Of a stretch of 64,000 nt of DNA, positions 26,159 through 39,046 are shown in pieces (the first letter of the stretch is position 1; each line of letters opens with the position of its first letter). The stretch is taken from positions 62,001 to 126,000 of the forward strand of contig CBFFRP010000079.1 in the NCBI GenBank assembly GCA_965644295.1, written 5' to 3'. The notes beneath the pieces are model-generated. The model was not told where the DNA came from, searched no databases, and was given only the letters and a program-made list of their open reading frames with translations. The DNA is from Paraphysomonas bandaiensis. Taxonomy: Eukaryota > Protista > Chrysophyceae. The position numbers and the translations under genes were made by a program.

Positions 26159-27350
26159 TGTGATTATAGTGTATGGATGTTATCTAGTAGAATATATTTT
26201 ATTGTTGTAATATGTATGTATGGTATATATACACGTTGCATTACACTGTATATAAGACCATTGCATTCAATTGATATGATAACACACTAATATACATTGA
26301 GTGACTTCTCTTATCATATCAGATATGCAAAGAACATATTAGGGATAGGAAATCGTAAGGTTTATAGCCTCAGGGATAAGTGAGATCATCATCTTCCCTC
26401 ATTTAACTCGCTCATTCGAATATCGTATAGGCATTCTTTGTATATTTTTGTTGAAAGATGCCTCTAATATTGAGACAATAATTATCTGTACTCCCGCCGT
26501 AGTTGTATAGCAGTAATATAGAGAATATTTGATTCAATTTATTCCCGAAAAATAAGATACTGACTGCCGATACGACGTATGTATAGATGTCGTATGTATG
26601 GATACACGTAACTGTATATAGCAGATATGCCTATAGCCAACTGCCGTGTACATACACATACATACATACCTGCATACATGCATACAGGGGAATAGGATAT
26701 CAACCAGGAAAAACAAAATCCCAGGTTATTGTTTTTTGATGATCAATATATTTCAAAAACAACGAAAAAACAAGGATTTTCCCATAGAATATATACAAAG
26801 TACGTATGCAGATATCCACATACGATGATATAGGGACAAGGGGCAGAATACGCCCATAGTATTCCTGTATTCTCATTGTTGTAGCATAAAACCCATAATT
26901 TTATATAAAATCCCTGAATTCCTTCCTTCATACACTGTATGTCGGTGTGTATTTTCAGTCCAACCGTTATAGCTATATGTACAGCAATGATTGCCATGAT
27001 TGTCTTCTAATTACAGTGCTCAGTCACTTCTTTTTATTTAGAATATATCATTAGTGCTACTAAACAATAATGATCTTGACTGAAAGCAGCAGTGGTGATT
27101 CTTTTCATCATGAGTATACTAGAGGCTAGAGGATATGATGCAACTCAAGTTACTTAACACTGCTGTGTTAATGGAGAGCATATCGACGCAGAATTCAGCA
27201 GGGATGTCGGCCCATTAAAAAATAACAAGTAATAAGAAATAGCCTAAGTCATATCTAGATCACAGGTTCAATACCCGTTGATTTTGTGTGGCGGAGCTCC
27301 AGCAGCGAATTCAAAAATGTCACTCAATTATAAGCACTGCTTATTTGTAT

Positions 27351-28158
27351 CAGGGATAGGGAACAATATATTGCAATACTATTGTTAGATAGCGTTCCAT
27401 CAATAATATTGATGGATTTTTTAAACTGGTCCTACAATACAATTACAATATATTGCAATATATTGTCAATGTATTGCAATATATTAGTATGACTACTCAG
27501 TAGGTAAACACATCCGTAGATTTCATTTTTAGTAGTAGTCATTAAGATCACATGACAACCAAACCAACTGCTGCTTATAGCTACTAAAAATCCACCTCGT
27601 CCTCATCCTCTGACCTCGTCCTCATCCTCTGAGCCATCATCGGTGAGGTCAACATCAACATATTCATCCACAGAATTAATTGAAATATGCTAGTATCCGG
27701 CCAAAACTGTCGAATAGCTTTCAGAAACAACAGCATATTAAGTAGGATGGATACTTTTGCGAAACACTGATATAATATGTTTAGTTGCGCTGAACAGACG
27801 CTCCCATGTATTGGAAGTACATACCAGGGCCAGGCAACCGTTAATGACTCGTGGATCTGTACGTTTCTTAATATTTTGAGCTGACTGAAGATTTTTAGTC
27901 GCATTGTCAACATCAGCTTCATTATCCTTTGTAATGTTGTAATCAATTTCTCGGTTATTTATATCCATTTTGCACCCTACAGTTGAGAATCTTCTCTTAT
28001 ATGACTATCATAATATTGATTGCAATGTATTGCAATAGTATTGTGAGCTCTTTTAACAGAAACACTATTGATGGAATATTTGACCAGTCCACCAATCAAT
28101 ATATTTTACAATATATTGTACAATGTATTGCAATACAATATATTGTTCCCTATCCCTG
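27351..28158 (-). mobile_element. Internally deleted hAT DNA transposon
   Basis: TIRs CAGGGATAGGGAACAATATATTG and a perfect 8-bp TSD ATTTGTAT (27343-27350, 28159-28166). Subterminal TATTGCAATA repeats. Frameshifted hAT dimerisation-domain remnant TSNTWERLFSATKHI..RKS..P/LNMLLFLK..RQFW. Confidence 0.9.
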
Positions 28159-28423
28159 ATTTGTATACAGACCACTGCGTGTTATATATTTATTTTGCAT
28201 TGAAACAATGTAGTTTTGTATTCCGTATCAACCTATTGCCCGTAAAACTCACTACAAATGTTCTACTGCCTTAATACTAAAGGACGAAATCACATGTTCT
28301 GAAATAAGGTAGCTTTTAAGTATAACAAATTAAAACGTATGGATTAAAACCATACATAGAAGAAGTATATATGCTATATGTATCCTAGATATATATGCTA
28401 TATTACTCTACACTAGATATTAA

Positions 28424-30263
28424 TTAACTTTGTTGGAACTTAAATTTTCCAGAAAGCGGATCTATTTCTACACGAATACCTTGTGCTTGCAAAACAGGAT
28501 CCTGAAGTACCTCTTGAGGTTGCAGACTCTCTACGAACTCCTGATTTGCTCTATTTCCTTCACACATATTTCGCACACACATCAGGGCATATTCTCTTGA
28601 CAGTGGATTGTCAAAGTCCGTTGCGCAGTAGGATAGAATTACAGGCATGGCTCCAAGGTCTCTCGCAGCGTCCTGATATACAAGAGCAAATTATATTTAA
28701 TCATCATAGCAGAGTAAATAGTATCCAATGCTAATATCAACCTGAATAACCTCGAATCTGTAGGACGCGTTCATGATAAGAGAGAGACATGCTTTTACAA
28801 TTTCATGTGCGTAAGGAACGTTCCAATCATTCGAATCCATATGCAGGTTAGAGCTTCCTCCTGCGACAGAATAGTTATGCGCCACCACACCACAGATGTA
28901 AAATATACCTGGGATAGGATTTGATTTGCTCAGACGGTAGGCTGCCAAGAAACTCACACACAGCCGTAATACTCCGCTACTGAGTATGAGCTCTCTAATT
29001 GGTGCAAATATATTGGTATGCTTATCATGAGAATAGTTGAGCACAGACGACAGAGTTTGAATGCATGCTGGGGCAGCAGGGACACCATTCACCATTCTAA
29101 AAAAGTCTAGAACCTCCACTTCTTCCGCACTAGATGTTAAATGGGATGGAAATAATATCGAGGAAATGCATTTCACAATATCAATCATACAGTCTTCACT
29201 AGAAGAAGTGGTATCCAGAAAATGAGGGTCTTCTAGTACACCTTGTAAAACGTGAAGGTACACCACCTGATACAGTACTTGTTAAATGAACACTGTAGTG
29301 ACCAATAAATCGCAATTACTTTCAATCGCACCAGTAAAAATATAAAGACATATACACATAGATCTACTTCAATATACTATGAGACTATAATATGACCTAA
29401 CACTTGTTGTACAGTTGTAGTGCGTGGACAGAAACAATACCTGTTCATGCGTAAGCAGCAACCTTGGTGATGGCGCAGAGGAAATACTAGTAGTTTCCGC
29501 GGGTCCCACCAACTGGAGTAATCGAGGGAAACTTCCTCGCTGAGTAAGCAGCAGTACTGTCAAATGGAGCCACTCTAAAGCATCTCCATTACGAGGTTTA
29601 CCGGCCTCTGTACTACGCTTGTATGAATTTTCATTGCTCCCAGCGGTGAACTTTAGATCCATTACTGACAATACTATTTGGGCGCATAACTGCTTCGCTG
29701 GAATGATACCATTGATGAACATCACTCCTTTAATATATTCCAGATTTTGACTTACATTGCAGCATATCTTCTTGCCGACTATAGCTCTCCGGTACAGGCT
29801 TAGCAATGCAGTTATACACTACAGCAAGTGCAGCACCTAACGCACGATCTGACCGTACATTGACTGATATAGCTAATAATTCACAACATAATTTCACACC
29901 AAATTGAGACCAAAAGAGTGATGTAGATGGTTCGCCACATGCTGCAAGATTAGCACATAGTTGACATATACATACAACCATAAGCTGATACTCATCAGAG
30001 TTTATGTCCTTATTTTCTCTATAATGTCCCAAAACATCCATGCATGTTTGTATACCATTCTGAATAATAATATCTGAATTAGATGATGATCCACCACATG
30101 CATTCCTTAAACACTTGATCGCCATAGTAATATGCTGTATATCATATGAGTGATAGTTAAGATGAATGGAGCATATAATGGGAAGAATCTCATGAACTTC
30201 AATACGACCATGAGGAGTGAGACATTTATTTGATATGGAAACGAGATCTAGATCGCTATTCAT
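28424..30263 (-). CDS. ATXN10: Ataxin-10-like ARM-repeat protein; multi-exon
   Basis: C-terminal Ataxin-10 domain ILSYCATDFDNPLSREYALMCVRNMCEGNRANQEFV..L and N-terminal KCLRNAC. Start ATG at 30263. Confidence 0.85.
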
Positions 30264-30342
30264 GGTAAGAGAATGAAATGAATGGAATTTAAGAACACTC
30301 CAATCAACCCACCTATACATACACACCCACCCATGTATGTGT

Positions 30343-31476
30343 GTATGTATGTATGTATGTATGTATGTATGTATGTATGTATGTATGTATGTATGTATGT
30401 ATGTATGTATGTATGTATGTATGTATGATGTATGTATGTATGTATGTATGTATGTATGTATGTATGTATGTATGTATGTATGTATGTATGTATGTATGTA
30501 TGTATGTATGTATGTATGTATGTATGTATGTATGTATGTATGTATGTATGTATGTATGTATGTATGTATGTATGTATGTATGTATGTATGTATGTATGTA
30601 TGTATGTATGTATGTATGTATGTATGTATGTATGTATGTATGTATGTATGTATGTATGTATGTATGTATGTATGTATGTATGTATGTATGTATGTATGTA
30701 TGTATGTATGTATGTATGTATGTATGTATGTATGTATGTATGTATGTATGTATGTATGTATGTATGTATGTATGTATGTATGTATGTATGTATGTATGTA
30801 TGTGTATGTATGTATGTATGTATGTATGTATGTATGTATGTATGTATGTATGTATGTATGTATGTATGTATGTATGTATGTATGTATGTATGTATGTATG
30901 TATGTATGTATGTATGTATGTATGTATGTATGTATGTATGTATGTATGTATGTATGTATGTATGTATGTATGTATGTATGTATGTATGTATGTATGTATG
31001 TATGTATGTATGTATGTATGTATGTATGTATGTATGTATGTATGTATGTATGTATGTATGTATGTATGTATGTATGTATGTATGTATGTATGTATGTATG
31101 TATGTATGTATGTATGTATGTATGTATGTATGTATGTATGTATGTATGTATGTATGTATGTATGTATGTATGTATGTATGTATGTATGTATGTATGTATG
31201 TATGTATGTATGTATGTATGTATGTATGTATGTATGTGTATGTATGTATGTATGTATGTATGTATGTATGTATGTATGTATGTATGTATGTATGTATGTA
31301 TGTATGTATGTATGTATGTATGTATGTATGTATGTATGTATGTATGTATGTATGTATGTATGTATGTATGTATGTATGTATGTATGTATGTATGTATGTA
31401 TGTATGTATGTATGTATGTATGTATGTATGTGTATGTATGTATGTATGTATGTATGTATGTATGTATGTAGGTATG
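30343..31476. repeat. (TATG)n microsatellite, about 1.1 kb
   Basis: Near-perfect tetranucleotide tract between two divergently transcribed genes. Confidence 0.99.
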
Positions 31477-31589
31477 TACGGAATTTTCCTATTGGTCTGC
31501 TGTCGTATATGCAGCATTACGCATCACATGCATATATTCATATATATACCTACACATTCTATCATGAACTTCACCCTCTCTCACTTCAT

Positions 31590-34500
31590 ATGACATCATC
31601 CAATCTTTGGCTTTCACTTCCTCAAGATCTATCCAATGAAATCATTCAATATATCAACGACATTGACTTATATGGATACCTTCATTGTATAAGTAAACTA
31701 TGGCCAATACAACCCACTGAATCCTCATATTACACTGCCTGTCAACGTGTATATCTCACACAATCATATAAAAAACGTTTAATTCTTGATAATTGGGGGA
31801 CATGGAAGAGAATGTTAATGTTACGTTCAAGATTACGTACAAATGGATTATATTCGATACGTACATCGTATTTTAAACCACCTGTAAATGATGCATTTTG
31901 GGAAGAGAAACATCATCAGTTTCATGAGGTAATAGAATGGGATGTGATAGAGAAGTAAAGGAGTGTGTATGACTGCTATAGAGGAATGTATGTATATATG
32001 TGTGTGTTTATATGGATGTGTATGTATATATATGTGTGTATATGTTATATAGGGATGTTTATATGTCTATATATGTATATGGGATATATGTCTATATGTT
32101 ATATGGGATATATATATATGTCTATATATGTATATGGGATATATGTCTATATGTTATATGGGATATATATATATGTCTATATGTTATATGGGATATATGT
32201 CTATATGTTATATGGGATATATATATATGTCTATATGTTATATGGGATATATGTCTATATGTTATATGGGATATATGTCTATATGTTATATGGGATATAT
32301 GTCTATATGTTATATGGGATATATATATATGTCTATATGTTATATGGGATATATGTCTATATGTTATATGGGATATATATATATGTCTATATGTTATATG
32401 GGATATATGTCTATATGTTATATGGGATATATATATATGTCTATATGTTATATGGGATATATGTCTATATGTTATATGGGATATATATATATGTCTATAT
32501 GTTATATGGGATATATATATATGTCTATATGTTATATGGGATATATGTCTATATGTTATATGGGATATATATATATGTCTATATGTTATATGGGGATATA
32601 TGTCTATATGTTATATGGGATATATATATATGTCTATATGTTATATGGGATATATATATATGTCTATATGTTATATGGGATATATATATATGTCTATATG
32701 TTATATGGGGATATATGTCTATATGTTATATGGGATATATATATATGTCTATATGTTATATGGGGATATATGTCTATATGTTATATGGGATATATGTCTA
32801 TATGTTATATGGGGATATATGTCTATATGTTATATGGGGATATATGTCTATATGTTATATGGGGATATATGTCTATATGTTATATGGGATATATGTCTAT
32901 ATGTTATATGGGGATATATGTCTATATGTTATACGGGATATATGTCTATATGTTATATAGGGATGTTTATATGTCTATATGTTATATGGGGATATATGTC
33001 TATATGTTATATGGGATATATGTCAAAATGTTATATGGGGATATATGTCTATATGTTATATGGGGATATATGTCAAAATGTTATATGGGGATATATGTCT
33101 ATATGTTATATAGGGATGTTTATATGTCTATATGTTATATAGGGATGTTTGTATGTCTATATGTTATATGGGGATATATGTCTATATGTTATATGGGATA
33201 TATGTCTATATGTTATATGGGATATATGTCTATATGTTATATGGGGATATATGTCTATATGTTATATGGGATATATGTCTATATGTTATATGGGGATATA
33301 TGTCTATATGTTATATGGGGATATATGTCTATATGTTATATGGGGATATATGTCTATATGTTATATGGGGATATATGTCTATATGTTATATGGGGATATA
33401 TGTCTATATGTTATATGGGGATATATGTCTATATGTTATATGGGATATATGTCTATATGTTATATGGGGATATATGTCTATATGTTATATGGGATATATG
33501 TCTATATGTTATATGGGATATATGTCTATATGTTATATGGGGATATATGTCTATATGTTATATGGGGATATATGTCTATATGTTATATGGGGATATATGT
33601 CTATATGTTATATGGGGATATATGTCTATATGTTATATGGGGATATATGTCTATATGTTATATGGGGATATATGTCTATATGTTATATGGGGATATATGT
33701 CTATATGTTATATGGGGATATATATATATATGTTTATATATGTGTATATGTTATCTGGGGATGTTTATATGTGTTTATATATACATGTTATATAGGGATG
33801 TTTATATGTATATATATTTTGTATATATACGTGTATATTTATACTATATGTTATATTGGGATATATGTCTATATGTTATCTGGGGATGTATATATATATG
33901 TGTATACACATATGTATATGTTATATGGGGATGTTAATATGTGTATATATATGTGTACATGTTATATAGGGATGTGTATATGTATTCTATATGTTATATG
34001 GGGATATATGTATATATACATGGTATATGTTATATAGGATGTTTATATGTTTATATATGTGTTTTATACGTTTATTGTATATTTTTTGTTATATGGGGAT
34101 ATATGTATATGGGGATGTTTATATGTGTATATATATGTGTATATTTATATTATATGTTATATAGGGATGTGTATATGTGTATATATATGTGTGTCTATGT
34201 TACTTGGGGATGTTTATATATGGGATATATGTCTATATGTAATATGGGGATATATGTCTATATGTTTTATGGGGATATATGTCTATATGTTATATGGGAT
34301 ATATATATATGTTATATGGGGATTTGTATCTGTTTTACGGGGACATGTATATATATTATATATATACACTTTATGTATATGTATATTTTATATGGGTATA
34401 TATGTATATATAGAGATATGGTTGTGTATATATATTTTACGTGGAGATATATGTGGATATATATATATACAACGGTAATGGATGTGTATATATAGGATTA

Positions 34501-35479
34501 TATATATGTATATGCTATATAAATATACCATATTTTAAACCACTTTCTAATGATGCCTTTGGGAAAACACACCATTGGCTTCATGACATATGTGGTAGAA
34601 TATAGGAAGTAAATGGAGAATACGATGGACTTGTTATGAGGGGATTATATGTATATAGATATTGTATCGGGATATGTATGTATACATTGATAATATATAT
34701 GTGTATAAATGTGTTTATGTATGTGTGTATATAAATGGATTGTTTTGAGGGTTTACTATAGGATATAAGTGTATATATGTGTGGTGTATGGAGTGGTTTA
34801 TTTTAAGGAGATATATATGGAAGGGTGTTATATGCTACCATATGTGTTTGTGCACATATATTAGTGCCGTTGGTTAGCACTGTGTTAATTGCTATTTATT
34901 TAGGTGAAGTTTTTCAGGCATATGCGGTTTTTCAATGATGGTAGAGTACTGTACGCACTATGCAACAGTAGTCCGCGTGAATTCCACCGTGCGATGGAGA
35001 ATTTTAATGACTTTGGGGAGAAGGTATTCCATCGGTGGAATTTATACGTTACAGAATATATATCGTGGCATATATTTGTATATTTCTAGGTTGTGGCTGT
35101 ACTCCAGTCTATGTGGGTATTACTTTATGCTAATATGTATATGGCAGATACATGCTGGGTCATACATTCTTCGGGGAGATAACGTAGAGGTGAATGTAAG
35201 TAACTGCCTCAGGGTGCTTTCAATGAGGTTGATGCGCACTGATGAGTTTTGTAGGTCTCAGTGGGATACGCTAAACTAAAATTTAATCTTCAACTGAAAA
35301 ATTTATCAGCCGAAGTCGAGGGCGGGTACGACCATCAGTACGCGGGAAATCACAATGTCTTGACTTTAGTAAAACACTCCAGTTTGGTACTGCAAGGGGG
35401 CCAGGAGATTCCAGTCGTATATGAATTACCAGAATACCGAAATTTATTATTCCATAGGTATTGGTGGAGCGGAGGATAG
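31590..35479 (+). CDS. F-box protein, FBXO9/Hrt3-like; 4 exons, first intron 31929-34903
   Basis: N-terminal F-box LSLPQDLSNEIIQYI...CISKLW, then RSRLRTNGLY..H.|VKFFRHMRFFNDGRV, typical of the FBXO9 family. Confidence 0.8.
32080..34300. repeat. Intronic minisatellite, 24/25/30-bp variants of GATATATGTCTATATGTTATATGG
   Basis: Visible tandem array; homogeneous at about 32080-33720 and degenerate at both edges. Confidence 0.95.
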
Positions 35480-36649
35480 TGTAGCGGGGATGACTTATAT
35501 GTAATTAATACAGTATCTTATGTGACACTTGAGAATGGTAATATGTATTTTATCCCAATTTGGTCTCTAAAAAGGCTTTTTTTACCTGAATTTGACTCAA
35601 CAGAGCGCTCAGATATCCAGCTTCAGTATTTGGCTCAACAGAAGCTCAATTCTATCTTAATTCCTTTGTAACTATAATCACCAGTTACACCTATGAGTTG
35701 ACTTCACCTATTGCACACTATTAACTCACTTCCATTGCACAATATATATCACATCATATTGCAGAACTTAACATATCTCATATTATACACACATCACTCA
35801 AATAAGGTGCACTAGCAACTAGCAGATGTTAAGCATGTTGAGTATGCAGTACTCAACATAGAAATATAAGCCCACGTTCTGAGAGTATTGCAACTATACA
35901 GAGGATAGAGGATGATGAAACTGATGTTGGCCCCCTCATTAACATTACATATTACATACTATTGATTAGACAATATGAGTTTTCTTTGTGTTGACCTATT
36001 TCCTCCTACAGCAAGAAAGCTACACCTAGCTACACAATCTAGATATTAGGTTTTCCAACAGCATGGCGATAAACTGCAATTAAATTTAAACTAGGGGTAA
36101 AAGGAGTATCGTCTCTTGTCTGAATTATTAAACTCGGGTTTTTCGCCTTCGTTTCGAAGTTTTGAGCACGAGTTAAAATTTGTGGCCTCCTTAAAACCCG
36201 TGGTTAAATATATAGCTAAAAAGTATTCCATTGTGTTAACGTAATGGCGTTACGGTATGTAGCAGCTCATTGTTAAGTGTTAAGACAAAAGATGGTAGCT
36301 TCAGAAGTATGCGCTTAAACGACATGAGATGGATATATAATGTGGATAATTATCGCATTACCAACTTCATCACCCAGCTTTTTGACTGGTAATTTCCAGC
36401 AAACCGAAAAGGTAAGCCAGACAGCTACTGAAAAAAAAGTGGAATCTAACTACAAAACTTTCGACAACGAAACATGTACATGTTGAATGTCTAGCAGCTC
36501 TACAGATTTGTAGGGATACATGGCAATACATACGACATAGGTGAGAATCAGCTCATCGATAACGCATGCAATATAAACTCAAGCTTTACGTCAAAATATA
36601 TTGTAAGTGTAGCGAAATGTATCAAAATTGGTCGCCATTTGCTTCTCGA

Positions 36650-39046
36650 TCAAAATGAAGCAGAAACGGCAGCAGAGGTAACTGGCGGCTCAACAGCAGA
36701 TTTACAGTCTTTTTGGACTACCCCAGAAGTTCCGCGAGCGATATTTATTTCCATAGCACGCTCCAGCTCCTCGTTCGTAATCTGGAAGGCGAAACTTGGA
36801 CCATCTTCAGTTTCATTGACAGCCATAACTCCAATAGACGAACACAGACCCATGGAAGGAGACTTGACGTAGTGCTTATCATAAACAATTTTATTCATAA
36901 CACTCTCGACGGTTAAGGAAGTAGGAATATAAGCTGGAAGTCCGAGTGTCAGAATAGCATCATAATGCTTTTCAACACAAGCTGAATCACAAAGACCTCT
37001 CATAAGGGCAATCTCCGCACTCACACACATCCCAATTGCTACTGCCTCTCCATGGAGTAAAGGGGAATTGGTTGACCACGAGAGAGACTCAACAGCATGG
37101 CCTAGGGCATGACCATATTGGGGACACATTTCATTAAAATCTGAGTTGTGATAGTGGTCAAGAGTAGGCGCCTTGATTTCAATACAGTCCTTGCAAATCA
37201 TCTCCACATACTCTCCATCTCGGAAACAGTCCATGCCACGCTTACGAACAGGCTCCACGATTCTGTCTACCATCTCTGGCGATTGGCAGAAAGCATGCTT
37301 GATGGCTTCCGCAATACCGTTTTGAATGTGTCGGGTGCTGAGAGATGCTACACATTCGGGGTCAATCACAACCTTCGAGGCGGGATAATAGCAGCCCAAC
37401 AGGTTCTTCCCACGGGAATGATTCACCGCCTGCTTGAAGTCCAATGCAGCGTCAAGCATACCCATCGTAGTTGTAGTAAAATGCACTAAGCCAATACCAC
37501 GGTACAGCATACTGGCCAAAACTCCACAAAGGTTATTGACGACTCCACCACCGACAGATATAATACACGAATGCTTGGTGATTCCTTCCTTCAAAATTGT
37601 TTCAACACAATTGTTAAGAACAGTGGTCGTCTTGTAGGGCTCCACACTGGCTTCACCAGACTCATCAGAAGTCTCGGCAGGAATGACAACAGATTTGCAT
37701 GAGACTCCGGCCTTTTCCATAGCCTTAATGAAATTGTTCTCCACATCCAACACACGGTATACAATCTCATCGGTGACCAAATAGTTCTTTGAGTCTAGGC
37801 TTTCAGCAGGAAGAAGTTCACGGCAGTACTGATCAAGCTCCCTCATAACTCCTCTCTTCATAAAAATGTCACTCTCGAGTCTACGACCATCACGTCCAAA
37901 CGAATTCATATACACTCCACGATCATCCGTTGAGCCTGGCTTCATGAGAGGCTGATTAGGAAGCTCAGGATGAGCGATAGGCTCCGTGATACGTTCACGA
38001 CGGGAGTCATAAAGAGTAAAATCGAACCAAGGAACCTGAACATATCGGTGATGACGATCGAGCCCGTCTAGCAGTGCCATTTCATCGACAGTGAGGCACC
38101 AGTCAAGAATATCAATGTTAGACTGAATTCGGGAAGGGGTAAGACTCTTTGGGATAACACTAACACCACGTTGAATGTTCCAGCGGAGTGCAACCTGCCC
38201 AGGAGTGCGATTAAGAGCCTCTGCGATAGAAACGATGACAGGGTCCTCAAGGAGATTGAGGTCACCAGGGTTCTTGTAACCAGGCTTACCAAGTGGAGAG
38301 TACGCTACCACATGAATGTCATGTGATTGACAGTACTGCAACAAATCATTCTGAGCGAGGTAAGGATGCATCTCAATCTCATTGGTAATAGGCTTGATCT
38401 TACATCTATCCAAAAGTTGACCAAGTAGAATGTGATCAAAGTTGGAAACACCAAGGCTCCGAGTAAGACCTTTGCGAACAAGAGACTCCATGGCCTTCCA
38501 GGTTTTAGCGAGGGCTTCAATATCACACACATGAATAGCTTCATAGTTAAAGCCACCACCAAATTCGTCTGAGACACGAGCACCAGTACCCTTTTTCCAT
38601 TGAGACGGCCAATGCATCATATAGTTATCGATATAAGACAAACCAAGTCTTTCAAGAGTCCCTGTTAAAGCAGGTTCCACATCCTCAGGTGCATGATCAT
38701 CACACCATAATTTACTACATATAAAAAGATCTTCACGACATACAAGACCTTCTGCAATACATTCACGTATAGCTGTCCCAACTTCTCTTTCATTTTCATA
38801 GAGTCTCGCTAAATCAAAGTGACGATATCCACAACGTATAGCCTCTTTGACAGCTGCTGCAACTTTCTCATGATCAGTGAAGCTGTTAAATGTACCAAAT
38901 CCTACAAGTGGTGGAAGGATTCGATCAGATAATGAGATTAAACTCGATTGACTGCTTGAAGCTTTAATACTCCCTGATTCATAGTCAGATGGTGTACTAT
39001 CAACACTTGTTTCACTGTTATATCCATTCATATGCATGTCTTTCAT
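36650..39046 (-). CDS. Intronless fusion: aldo-keto reductase plus sugar-phosphate cyclase (DHQS superfamily, DOI-synthase-like motifs), 798 aa
   Basis: AKR: GFGT, catalytic D (RHFD), Y (LYENE), K (SKLW), H (MHWP), plus GVSNF and IPKS. Cyclase: GGGVVNN, YRG, TT, KQAVN, GKNLLG.YYP, and metal ligands AEAIKH, YGHALGH, LLHGEA. Confidence 0.9.
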   Translation of the reverse strand: MKDMHMNGYNSETSVDSTPSDYESGSIKASSSQSSLISLSDRILPPLVGFGTFNSFTDHEKVAAAVKEAIRCGYRHFDLARLYENEREVGTAIRECIAEGLVCREDLFICSKLWCDDHAPEDVEPALTGTLERLGLSYIDNYMMHWPSQWKKGTGARVSDEFGGGFNYEAIHVCDIEALAKTWKAMESLVRKGLTRSLGVSNFDHILLGQLLDRCKIKPITNEIEMHPYLAQNDLLQYCQSHDIHVVAYSPLGKPGYKNPGDLNLLEDPVIVSIAEALNRTPGQVALRWNIQRGVSVIPKSLTPSRIQSNIDILDWCLTVDEMALLDGLDRHHRYVQVPWFDFTLYDSRRERITEPIAHPELPNQPLMKPGSTDDRGVYMNSFGRDGRRLESDIFMKRGVMRELDQYCRELLPAESLDSKNYLVTDEIVYRVLDVENNFIKAMEKAGVSCKSVVIPAETSDESGEASVEPYKTTTVLNNCVETILKEGITKHSCIISVGGGVVNNLCGVLASMLYRGIGLVHFTTTTMGMLDAALDFKQAVNHSRGKNLLGCYYPASKVVIDPECVASLSTRHIQNGIAEAIKHAFCQSPEMVDRIVEPVRKRGMDCFRDGEYVEMICKDCIEIKAPTLDHYHNSDFNEMCPQYGHALGHAVESLSWSTNSPLLHGEAVAIGMCVSAEIALMRGLCDSACVEKHYDAILTLGLPAYIPTSLTVESVMNKIVYDKHYVKSPSMGLCSSIGVMAVNETEDGPSFAFQITNEELERAMEINIARGTSGVVQKDCKSAVEPPVTSAAVSASF

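Noticed and set aside
26685-26916. Possible CAGGG...CCCTG-bounded element
   Set aside because: The terminal match is only about 5 bp and there is no TSD.
28424-31476. Ataxin-10 next to a large repeat expansion, echoing human SCA10
   Set aside because: The motif and position differ (TATG upstream vs intronic ATTCT), and similar tracts flank unrelated genes here; coincidence.
29730-34495. Long ORFs of MYVC, HTYI and YMSICYMG repeats (also at 57861-58781 and 62996-63441)
   Set aside because: They are stop-free translations of micro/minisatellites, open in several frames, not real proteins.
36650-39046. Reading the cyclase as shikimate DHQS/AROM or as a mycosporine/gadusol gene
   Set aside because: Diagnostic motifs differ from DHQS, and there are no AROM domains and no O-methyltransferase, ATP-grasp or MT-Ox partner in the window. 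Formally still needs a phylogeny.
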